Source: Patescibacteria group bacterium (GTDB lineage Bacteria > Patescibacteriota > Microgenomatia > UBA1400 > PJMF01). Taken from it: 64,000 bases of DNA. Position numbers and translations under genes: made by a program. The notes below the pieces were generated by a model, which made no database searches, was not told the origin of the DNA, and saw nothing but the letters and a program-made list of their open reading frames with translations. The stretch lies in NCBI GenBank assembly GCA_049322575.1, contig JBMORQ010000027.1, forward strand, positions 9,092-73,091, read 5' to 3'. This document shows positions 1 to 8,263 of the stretch, in pieces. The number at the start of each line of letters is the position of its first letter. Position 1 is the first letter of the stretch.

Positions 1-414
1 ATCTTGGTGGTTGGTAAACGTGAACTTGCCAATGGGGAAGTTGGTCTAATGGTTCGTCATTCCAAAGAAAAACTCTCACTTCAATTAGGTAAAGTGGTTG
101 AGCAAATGGCAGAAATTTTAGACAGAGTTCAATTAGAAATGTTCACAAAAGCCAAGGCCACTCAACAATCACTCGTCACCGAGGTTAATTCATATGATGA
201 ATTCAGAAAGGTGATGGAAGAGAAACGTGGCTTTATCAAAGCTCATTGGTGCGAACAGGCTGAATGCGAGGCTCAAATTAAAGAAGAAACAAAAGCATCG
301 ACCCGTTGTTTGCCTTTTATTGATAACCAAGGCCAGGTTGAAGAAAGCGATGGCAAATGTGTCAAATGTGGTGCTCCGTCTAAGCATCGTTGGTTATTTG
401 CTTTGGCATACTAA
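1..414 (+). CDS. proS: Proline--tRNA ligase, C-terminal part (archaeal/eukaryote-type; truncated by window edge)
   Basis: End of anticodon-binding domain (VVGKRELANGEV) plus C-terminal Zn domain HWCEQAECEAQIKEETKASTRCLPF...CVKCG...LFALAY. Confidence 0.93.
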   Translation: MLVVGKRELANGEVGLMVRHSKEKLSLQLGKVVEQMAEILDRVQLEMFTKAKATQQSLVTEVNSYDEFRKVMEEKRGFIKAHWCEQAECEAQIKEETKASTRCLPFIDNQGQVEESDGKCVKCGAPSKHRWLFALAY

Positions 415-435
415 ATTGAAGCAGCAACTGCTCAA

Positions 436-772
436 ATGCGTAAAGATTACAAAAATCTGGTTTTTACTGACCATGCCCTAGACAGGCTTACTTTGCGTCG
501 CCTTTCTAAAGAGCAAATCCATCAGGTAGTTAGTTCCTATCAAAAAAAAAATTAGACAAGACAACAATACCTTCAAGTTTATTAAAAACATATCAGGCCG
601 GAAAATCCACGTCATCGCCTCATGGTTAAAGAATGAAGGAAAATGGCTAGTTGTTTCTATTTGGGTAAGGGGGGAAGACGATCCTCAACCATTGATTTGG
701 CAGTTATTGACTCTACCGTTTAGGATTTTATGGTTCATCATTAAACACCTCATTTTTCTCATGAGGAAATAA
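436..772 (+). pseudogene. DUF4258-like small protein with C-terminal hydrophobic tail, frameshifted at an A10 run (542-551)
   Basis: ATG436 gives MRKDYKNLVFTDHALDRLTLRRLSKEQIHQVV then TAG at 553; the frame starting at 551 continues IRQDNNTFKFIKNISGRKIHVIASWLKNEGKWLVVSIWVRGEDDP...LMRK to TAA 772; removing one A fuses them. Confidence 0.6.
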
Positions 773-1139
773 TTTTTTGTACGTATTAGTTACTTAATTG
801 CGGAAATTGCAAGAAATAATTAGACCTATATTGAAAATTTCAGTTAATCAACACGCAGATTATTACCCTCAGCATCAATCCTTTTTGGCTATGGGTTTTT
901 TCTGAGTCTTTTCGTATATTACTCATACATCCCGGTGAGGAGCCCACGGCGATCATCCTGGAAAAGCAATTTTTCATGGTTATCGCGGTGGGTATTTTTT
1001 TTTGGCAAAAACAACTCAAACACCGGAAACAAACCAATTGTAAAGTGCTTTTAACAAAAAGCAATTAAAAAAACCTCCGCTGATTGGAGTCTTCCCTCTG
1101 AACCCCTCAGAAAATTTTTTTCCGTTATAATGAGCTCCA

Positions 1140-2030
1140 ATGACAATACAACGCCCTTTAATCGTCACTCATCACGCTCCAGATTTGGACGCAATCACCT
1201 CCACTTGGTTGCTCAAGCGCTTCCATGGCCAAGATTTCGCCGATGCCAAGATTGCCTTCGTTAACCCAGGAGACAAGATCGAGCTTGAAGAAGCCGAAAA
1301 ACACCAGGCACAACTCCATGAGGTGGTCTATGTCGATACCGGCTTAGGTAAATTTGATCATCATCAACCAGAAAGAGCCAAACAAAATGTCTGTGCCACA
1401 ACTCTGGTTTTTGACTATCTTTGCCAGCTATATCCTGACTATGCTAATGATCAAGCACTCAAAGAACTAGTCGACTATGTAAATCAGATTGATCACTTTC
1501 AAGAAATTTCTTGGCCTGAATCGCAATCTGCGCGTTTCACCCTGACCATCAGCGAGCTAATTAGGGGACATGAATTCACCAACCCGCACGATGATGATTC
1601 TCAAATGAACTTTGGTTTTCAATGTTTGGATAATGCTTATGCTTCCCTGCGTCAACATGTCAAAGCCAAAGAGATCATTAAGAAAAAGGGCATAGAGTTT
1701 GAGTTGCCTGCCGGCAAATGTTTGGCGATCAAAACGAGAAATGACGATACCATCAAGTTGGCTCAAAAGCAGGGCTATGTATTGGTGATTCGCAAAGATC
1801 CAACCCAGGGCCATGTGCGAATCAAGGCCAGGCCCGACTCAGCAATCGATCTCTCGATTCTAGCACCCAAGATCATGTCTAAAGATAAAGTTGGCACCTG
1901 GTTCCTCCACGGTAGTGGCAAAATGCTGCTCAACAACTCAAAAAAACACCGAGGCCACACACCAAGCCCGCTAAAACTTGAACAAGTGGTAGAAATAATC
2001 AAGGAAACTTATGGAGAATCATCCAGCTAA
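1140..2030 (+). CDS. MYG1/DHH-family phosphoesterase (nuclease-like)
   Basis: N-terminal THHAPDLDA, VDTG, FDHHQ metal-binding motifs. Confidence 0.7.
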   Translation: MTIQRPLIVTHHAPDLDAITSTWLLKRFHGQDFADAKIAFVNPGDKIELEEAEKHQAQLHEVVYVDTGLGKFDHHQPERAKQNVCATTLVFDYLCQLYPDYANDQALKELVDYVNQIDHFQEISWPESQSARFTLTISELIRGHEFTNPHDDDSQMNFGFQCLDNAYASLRQHVKAKEIIKKKGIEFELPAGKCLAIKTRNDDTIKLAQKQGYVLVIRKDPTQGHVRIKARPDSAIDLSILAPKIMSKDKVGTWFLHGSGKMLLNNSKKHRGHTPSPLKLEQVVEIIKETYGESSS

Positions 2031-2511
2031 CGCAGTCCGAGATTGTATCTTTTGCAAAATTGTTGCGGGTGAAGTACCATCTCATAAAATTTGGCAAGAC
2101 GAAAAACATTTAGCCTTCTTGTCGATATTTCCTAATACACCAGGATTTACCGTTGTCATCCCCAAAGAACATTATAGTAGTTACGCCTTTGAACAAGATG
2201 ATAAAGTGCTCGCAGACTTAGTTTTGGCGACTAAAAAAGTTGCTAACATTTTGACCAGTTTTTTTGACGACACCAATCGCTGCGGCATGTTTTTTGAAGG
2301 TTTTGGCGTTGACCACTTGCACAGCAAACTCTTTCCCATGCACGGCATTGGCAAGGGCAAAGAGTGGAGGATGATGGAAAGTGGCTCGTTTAGACAATAT
2401 TTTGACAAATATCCTGGATATTTGTGTTCCAACGACTCAGAACGGGCTGATGATGATGAGTTGGCAGAGTTGGCAAGGAAAATTCGTCAAAAATCGAACC
2501 CTAATTTATAA
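2011..2511 (+). CDS. HIT-family nucleotide hydrolase
   Basis: DCIFCKIVAGEVPS start, GFTVVIPKEH, variant HIT motif VDHLHSKLFP. Confidence 0.9.
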   Translation: MENHPANAVRDCIFCKIVAGEVPSHKIWQDEKHLAFLSIFPNTPGFTVVIPKEHYSSYAFEQDDKVLADLVLATKKVANILTSFFDDTNRCGMFFEGFGVDHLHSKLFPMHGIGKGKEWRMMESGSFRQYFDKYPGYLCSNDSERADDDELAELARKIRQKSNPNL

Positions 2512-2616
2512 CGATTTTTTTCAAAAAATATCGCAACATTTTTCCCAGAAAATTTGATATAATCCAGATCATATTTAAGCAGGCAAATCGCCGACCGAGA
2601 TTGGAGGTGTTCTCCT

Positions 2617-2868
2617 TTGCCAGTCATAGTTAAAGCTAAGAAAAATCAAAGCACCAACGATGTTATCCGACAGTTCCGTAAACAAACGGCTACAGCTGAT
2701 ATTGTTCAAATTGTCAAAGATCGACGCTACTTTAAAAAACCATCTCAGGTTCGCGCTGAAAAAACTATCGAAATGAACCGCTTGCGCAAACGCGCCCGTT
2801 CCCTAAAGAGAATGAAGAATATTTCTCCCCAAGTTTTATCTCGCATCAACGAGAGATTGGGAAGTTAA
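2617..2868 (+). CDS. rpsU: 30S ribosomal protein S21
   Basis: Basic 83 aa protein, IRQFRK...DRRYFKKPS motif; TTG start with GGAGGTG Shine-Dalgarno upstream. Confidence 0.85.
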   Translation: MPVIVKAKKNQSTNDVIRQFRKQTATADIVQIVKDRRYFKKPSQVRAEKTIEMNRLRKRARSLKRMKNISPQVLSRINERLGS

Positions 2869-2893
2869 TTTTTCAACTTCGATTACAACAAAG

Positions 2894-2930
2894 AAAAACC
2901 CCGCGTAACAGCGGGGTTTTTGGTTTCTTT
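2894..2930. terminator. Bidirectional intrinsic terminator
   Basis: AAAAACCCCGC-GTAACA-GCGGGGTTTTT hairpin between convergent genes, A/T tracts on both sides. Confidence 0.85.
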
Positions 2931-2984
2931 TATTTTTTGCTTTGGGTTGAACGATTTTGGTTTTAAGTTGGTCTCTAATCAAGG

Positions 2985-3527
2985 TTATTTTCTTGGCTTT
3001 ATTTTCGCCCTAATCGAAAACTCCCATTGATCGCCATCACTGGTATCAAAGCTGGTGGAGTTAGTTAAGCTATGGTAGTTCACCAAGTGGTTACTCAGAG
3101 TCTCTTCTATTTCTTTTTTCTGTTCGTTGATTTCTGCAATTTGCACTTTTAAATTAACAATTTGTGGATTGGATTGCATTTGTGAGCGACGCTCTTTGAC
3201 GGTGGCAGAGAATTGATCCAACTGAGTTTGAGCCTCAGCAAGCTGGGCGTCATTCTCAAAAACGCTTTTCAAGCTACTGCGCTTTTCTGCTATTTCCCTA
3301 TTTAATTTGGTTAGCTCCTCGGCGTGTTTTTCGATCAGGTTTTGCAGTGAGCCCAAAGTTTCAGCCAATTTGTCAGACTCAGCAACTTCCACATCATTGC
3401 TGGAGTCAACTTTTTCCGATTCTGCGGAAGTCGCATCGCCCATAACCTCGGCGGCCAACTCGTCCCCGCTTGGCAAGTCATCATTAGTTGCGACTGTGGT
3501 GGTTTTCATTTTTGCGTCATCACTCAT
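2985..3527 (-). CDS. Hypothetical coiled-coil protein with acidic N-terminus
   Basis: 180 aa ORF, heptad-rich, AAGGA Shine-Dalgarno upstream. Confidence 0.7.
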   Translation of the reverse strand: MSDDAKMKTTTVATNDDLPSGDELAAEVMGDATSAESEKVDSSNDVEVAESDKLAETLGSLQNLIEKHAEELTKLNREIAEKRSSLKSVFENDAQLAEAQTQLDQFSATVKERRSQMQSNPQIVNLKVQIAEINEQKKEIEETLSNHLVNYHSLTNSTSFDTSDGDQWEFSIRAKIKPRK

Positions 3528-3647
3528 TTTGTCCTTTCATACTTCGATAAGTCGGTCCCAATGTAACGTATTTGTCAGGGAAACTCAAGGATCGACACAA
3601 AACCAAGGCTAAAAAAATTATGAGATTGTCTTAAAGTGTATAATGGC

Positions 3648-3971
3648 TTGTGCGCAACCGGGTAATGGCTTTTGGTAGTGGCCTGCCACCATTCAAAAGA
3701 GGAAAGTCCGGACAGCAGAGCGAACGGTGCCTCGCGAAAGCGGGGGGTTCTCGTAAGAGAAGACAGTCTAGAGCAACAGAAACGATCCGAGTGGCGTCGG
3801 CTGAAACGACTAAGCGTCTGAGTATCTCGCAAGAGATGGCAATCCTCCCGGCTGCAACTGGCGATCTTGACCTTAATGGACTCGCTCCCTTTTCTCGCAA
3901 GAGGAGGTCATAATGACCAGGCATAGATAAATCATTGCTTAAACAGAATCCGGCTTATGAGTTGCGCACAA
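3648..3971 (+). ncRNA. rnpB: RNase P RNA (reduced bacterial type)
   Basis: GAGGAAAGTCCGG and AACAGAATCCGGCTTAT conserved regions, GCAACAGAAAC and TGAAAC internal motifs, P1 TTGTGCGCAAC/GTTGCGCACAA, TATAAT at 3639-3644. Confidence 0.96.
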
Positions 3972-3997
3972 ATCTCTAACCGATATAATGTCTTTAT

Positions 3998-4684
3998 ATG
4001 CAATCACAAGTTTTTGACTCAGTTTCGTATGTTCTTGCCCAAACCATAGCTAACTTTGCCTATTTTCTCCCAAGAATCACCGGGGCTTTACTTGCTTTGG
4101 TCATAGGTATAGTAGTTGCAAAAATTATTAGACGGTTGTTGACCCAATTGCTCGACAGCATTAGCTTTTCCAAATTTATCAATAAAACACCTTTGCAATT
4201 TGCCTTCAACAACGAAGTTGGTAAAAAAGCTGAGGAAGTCCTGGCAGGGATTGTATATTGGCTGGTGATGCTGGTAGTTATTCAAACTACAGTCTCGATC
4301 TTGGGTATCACTGCCCTCTCTAGTGTTCTAGAAAAACTGTTGGCTTACATCCCCAGGGTCTTGTCAGCTGCATTAATATTTGCATTAGGAGTCTTGCTGG
4401 CAGGGTGGGTGGAGAGTGCTGTTAAAAGTATCGCCCGCACCTTTGACGCATCAACAGCCCGCCTCTTGGGAAAATTCTCCAGCTATATGGTTGTGATTAT
4501 CGTCGCCCTGGCTTCCTTGGCTGAGCTAGGTATTGCCAGCAACTTTATCAACATGATTTTCTTTGGCCTGATTGCTGCTGTTTCCTTGGCTGGTGGCCTT
4601 GCCATCGGTTTGGGTAGCAAAGATCTAGTCAGCCAACTTTTATCAGACTGGTACAAAAGAAACAAGAAGGCCGGCAAAAAATAG
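3998..4684 (+). CDS. CmpX-like / mechanosensitive-channel TM-helix repeat membrane protein
   Basis: Repeated (F/Y)LPR...ALL TM units, C-terminal GLAIGLGSKDLV motif. Confidence 0.75.
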   Translation: MQSQVFDSVSYVLAQTIANFAYFLPRITGALLALVIGIVVAKIIRRLLTQLLDSISFSKFINKTPLQFAFNNEVGKKAEEVLAGIVYWLVMLVVIQTTVSILGITALSSVLEKLLAYIPRVLSAALIFALGVLLAGWVESAVKSIARTFDASTARLLGKFSSYMVVIIVALASLAELGIASNFINMIFFGLIAAVSLAGGLAIGLGSKDLVSQLLSDWYKRNKKAGKK

Positions 4685-4687
4685 TCT

Positions 4688-5449
4688 ATGACCGGTTTCC
4701 AAGCAATCATTCTAGGGTTGGTGCAAGGTCTAACCGAATTTCTACCTGTTTCCAGTTCGGGGCACCTAGTGATTTTCCAAAATCTGTTTGGCATCGATGA
4801 GCCCACCATTACCTTTGATATTTTTCTGCACTTATCCACACTTGCAGCAATTTTGGTGTTTCTGCGCAAACGCATCATTAAGATACGATTCGAGACACTT
4901 TTTCTGGTTGCTGTCGGCACTGTTCCAGCAATTATCCTAGGTCTACTACTCAACGATTATCTCGAGCTACTTTTCAGTTCAAGCAAGCTGGTTGGAATCA
5001 CTCTGCTGGTTACAGCTGCGATTAACTTTGCCTCAGATAAATTACTTAATCGAGAAGGACAAAAAAGGGAAATAGATGAACTTAGCTGGAAAAATGCATT
5101 GGTAATAGGCACTTTCCAAGCCTTAGCAATCACGCCGGGAATCTCTCGATCGGGCTCGACTCTCTTGGGCGGCCTGTGGCAGAAACTTAAGAAAGAGGAC
5201 GCTTTCGAGTTTTCGTTCCTGTTAGCGATTCCAGCAATTCTTGGCGCCACACTACTACAAATTATTAAAATAATCACTGACAACAACATTGATATTGATC
5301 CTACTAATTTTTTTCTGGGCGGTATTACGGCTTTTTTAAGTGGACTCGCCAGCCTAATAGTCTTCAGAATTATCATAGCCAAAGCTAAACTTGATGTTTT
5401 TGCAATTTATTGTTTGATCGTAGGCGCACTCACACTCATCTTTCTTTAA
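4688..5449 (+). CDS. uppP: Undecaprenyl-diphosphate phosphatase
   Basis: QGLTEFLPVSSSGHL and PGISRSGST motifs. Confidence 0.96.
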   Translation: MTGFQAIILGLVQGLTEFLPVSSSGHLVIFQNLFGIDEPTITFDIFLHLSTLAAILVFLRKRIIKIRFETLFLVAVGTVPAIILGLLLNDYLELLFSSSKLVGITLLVTAAINFASDKLLNREGQKREIDELSWKNALVIGTFQALAITPGISRSGSTLLGGLWQKLKKEDAFEFSFLLAIPAILGATLLQIIKIITDNNIDIDPTNFFLGGITAFLSGLASLIVFRIIIAKAKLDVFAIYCLIVGALTLIFL

Positions 5450-5469
5450 ATTTTGACCAAGACTTTGAT

Positions 5470-7020
5470 TTAGTCAGAGATGGGCGATTGTACGTACTGA
5501 AGTGCTTCTGCCACCTGTTGGTAATGTACATTTGTTTGACAATCCAAATCGGCAATCGTCCGGGAAATTGCGAGAACCCTGGTGGATTGTTTGGTATTCA
5601 GCGCTAACTTAACGGCAGCGTTTCGTAATAACTTTTCTGCCTCATGAGTGACTTTGAATTCTCTTATTAGTTGGGATGAGCTAAAAAGTCCCTCAGTATT
5701 CGAGATCGCCGACCAAAGACTACGCCGCCTCAAGTAGGCCCGAGCAATGTTCTCCCGGTCCAAATAACTGCCTGTTTGAGCTTGTCCCTGACTACAAGAC
5801 GGCCCTGCCAACTTACCAGCTGCCTCTAAAAACGGAGAGTGCGCTGTTAGTTCACCGAACATTTCAATCCGCTCTTCGAAAAGTGTCTGAAGTTTTCGCT
5901 GATGAATCATCCTTTGATTCTTAGAGCAGCTACAGACCTCTGATGTCTGATGACTTTTACCGCAAGGACATATTTTTGCCGAAACGATTATTTGATAATT
6001 CGCTTCAAAAACTCTAGCTTGGTCATTATTTGAGAATCGAGAAGGACAACTATGGCTCCAAATTCTATCAATTGTTTTTTTGGCAAACTCAGAGCCGTTC
6101 TCTAAATAGAGCAAACCATGATGTGCCAAAGAGGCAATAGGCACCGAGCCATAGCCAGACTTTCTACCGAATATCTCTGAACAAGTCGTCTCCGGACCAA
6201 TCTTGACTACCGGCCTCCCAGAGTAGGAATTTTTTTCTCTGGCTAAGAATTGTCGATCTGATCCCTGATCATCCAGAGAAACATACTCCTGCTCTAAGGT
6301 GGGTAGGATCGAAATAGCAATTTTGGCTAAAACATACTTCAATATCTCGTCCTGTCCAAATACCAGCAGAGAAAAACCGCCTACAGCGGCAATCGTGAAA
6401 AGCCGCTTGCTTCTTTCCTCGCCAGCGATGTCTCCAAACGTCATTTGTCTGACATTCCTAACACCGACAGAAGGAGTTTGAGATTTGCTCACAGACTCAC
6501 TCAACCGATCGGAGATTTTTGGTTCCTGCCTAAGCAACTCACTAACATGTCTAATTGGGTGAAGATTGACATATCTTACCAATCCAAGTGAGGAGAAGTC
6601 ATCAGCGGCTATATAAATTCTTTTATAACCCTTGTTTAAAAGACTCAATACTATACTCCGACAATTCTTGATGGACCTAACACTCCCGTCCAACGATAAC
6701 TCACCCAAAAAAACGCAATTTGACATTTGCCAACTACACAACCCATTAATCCTCAGTAAGCTTGCCGCAATGGCCAGCTCCAGATGACTAGACACTTTTG
6801 GCACGTCCATGGGCGCCAGATTAATAATCGTCTTGCGTTGTTTGATCTTGATGGCGCAGTTTTTAAACGCGGCCACGATCTTGGTGATTGACTCGTTGAC
6901 AATCCTGCTCGGTAAACCCACCACCTGGATTAATGGAATACCTGACACCTGCGTAACCTCTACTTGAATGATGATTGGTTGGGAATTACTGAAAATTACT
7001 GAAAATGTTTTAGCTATCAT
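5470..7020 (-). CDS. comM: ComM/YifB Mg-chelatase-like AAA+ protein with degenerate Walker motifs
   Basis: VVGLP, INLAPMDVPK..SHLELAIA, GELSLDGSVR, CPCG, SRTIADLD, VAEALQY retained; Walker A site reads GQDEILKY, Walker B reads LYLEN. Confidence 0.8.
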   Translation of the reverse strand: MIAKTFSVIFSNSQPIIIQVEVTQVSGIPLIQVVGLPSRIVNESITKIVAAFKNCAIKIKQRKTIINLAPMDVPKVSSHLELAIAASLLRINGLCSWQMSNCVFLGELSLDGSVRSIKNCRSIVLSLLNKGYKRIYIAADDFSSLGLVRYVNLHPIRHVSELLRQEPKISDRLSESVSKSQTPSVGVRNVRQMTFGDIAGEERSKRLFTIAAVGGFSLLVFGQDEILKYVLAKIAISILPTLEQEYVSLDDQGSDRQFLAREKNSYSGRPVVKIGPETTCSEIFGRKSGYGSVPIASLAHHGLLYLENGSEFAKKTIDRIWSHSCPSRFSNNDQARVFEANYQIIVSAKICPCGKSHQTSEVCSCSKNQRMIHQRKLQTLFEERIEMFGELTAHSPFLEAAGKLAGPSCSQGQAQTGSYLDRENIARAYLRRRSLWSAISNTEGLFSSSQLIREFKVTHEAEKLLRNAAVKLALNTKQSTRVLAISRTIADLDCQTNVHYQQVAEALQYVQSPISD

Positions 7021-7310
7021 GCTTTGATCTTAACAATCAATCCTTACAAAAAGCGTAACTTTTCTGAAATTGAAAACGCAAACATCCCCAACTCCAACCA
7101 CCCCTGCCCTTACAGTATTTGCACGCTTAGAAGGTCAAAAACCACTCAGCTTGCCTAACCAAGCTAACTAAACCAAACAGCTCTGTCAGATAACTACCAG
7201 ATTTGTTTTTTCACGAGAAAATTTCTCTTGCGGTAATTCATTTTTTCCTAACTCAAGCACAACAAAAAACTCCTCAGGCACTATTACCGCAAACACATGC
7301 TCTGAAAAAA

Positions 7311-8228
7311 TTACTTAAAGGATTCTATAGCCAACAAACACGCCCCATACGCCGAAGTCCTGGTAGGAAAAACCGTCGACATTTCAGGAAAAAACTGCCT
7401 AACCCTACTCATTAACAAAGCACGAGCAGACATCTGATCCAATACTCCACCAACCATCACCAAATCTGCTTGCCGCTGCTGCAATTCCAACCTATCAGCC
7501 ACAGCCTTTACCATTAGAAAAAGTTCCTCAACTGCCTGGTTAATAATTTGTCGAGCTTTAACATCACCCTCTGACTCAGCCTCGAAACAGATTTTCGCCA
7601 AGCCCGCGATATCTTTTTTGGAAATCAGTGGTTCATATATTAAATTCTTCAAATTGCCAATCGAATTGACTTTAAAAGCCACTCGCACTTTTTCCTCAAG
7701 CTTGCTTTTTTCATCTCGACCATCGTAACTACGTAAAGCAGCGCGCAACGTCATAAGCCCGATTTCATATCCTGACCCCTCGTCGCTCAGCAGATAGTCC
7801 ATACCTCCAGCCTTGGCTGTCTGACCTCGATCGTTCTTGCCTAAACAATTTGAACCCGTGCCGGAAATCAAGACCAAAGCGTTAGCACTCTTGGTACCAG
7901 CCCTCATAGCAATCCAGCCATCGTTAACAATTTGACAATGATTGCCACACACTTTGGTGAGACCAGCTTGATAAAACTCTCTAGCCCGAATCGCATCTGC
8001 TTCTGTATCAAGACCCGATAGGCCGAAACAGGACATAAACTCACCGTCCGGATAAAGTCCCTGCAAAGTATCTATAGCTTGATATAACTCTTGACGCGTT
8101 TGAACCGCCTCAGCAAGCAGCATGTTGCTACTTCCAAAGACTCTCTGCAAGACAGGTTGACGGTTTTCGTCTAAAACCAAGAGTTCGGTTTTGCTTGCTC
8201 CACCATCGATTCCAATAAAAAATTTCAT
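7311..8228 (-). CDS. BadF/BadG/BcrA/BcrD-type sugar kinase (N-acetylglucosamine kinase-like)
   Basis: IGIDGGASKT, IVND, LISGTGSN, GG..LLSDEGSGYEIG. Confidence 0.9.
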   Translation of the reverse strand: MKFFIGIDGGASKTELLVLDENRQPVLQRVFGSSNMLLAEAVQTRQELYQAIDTLQGLYPDGEFMSCFGLSGLDTEADAIRAREFYQAGLTKVCGNHCQIVNDGWIAMRAGTKSANALVLISGTGSNCLGKNDRGQTAKAGGMDYLLSDEGSGYEIGLMTLRAALRSYDGRDEKSKLEEKVRVAFKVNSIGNLKNLIYEPLISKKDIAGLAKICFEAESEGDVKARQIINQAVEELFLMVKAVADRLELQQRQADLVMVGGVLDQMSARALLMSRVRQFFPEMSTVFPTRTSAYGACLLAIESFK

Positions 8229-8263
8229 CTTTTCCTTAAGCAGACTAACTAAACAGACCGTGG

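Noticed and set aside
780-1120. 340-bp intergenic region and ORF 840..1064(-)
   Set aside because: No convincing coding signal or conserved RNA motif by eye
3575-3924. ORFs 3575..3832(-), 3631..3924(-), 3650..3913(+)
   Set aside because: They overlap the RNase P RNA and are shadows of a GC-rich structured RNA
7228-7292. 10-bp inverted repeat TTGCGGTAAT/ATTACCGCAA in the comM-kinase intergenic region, and ORF 7203..7415
   Set aside because: Single short IR with an unstructured 45-nt spacer, no second copy or target duplication seen; the ORF has no motifs
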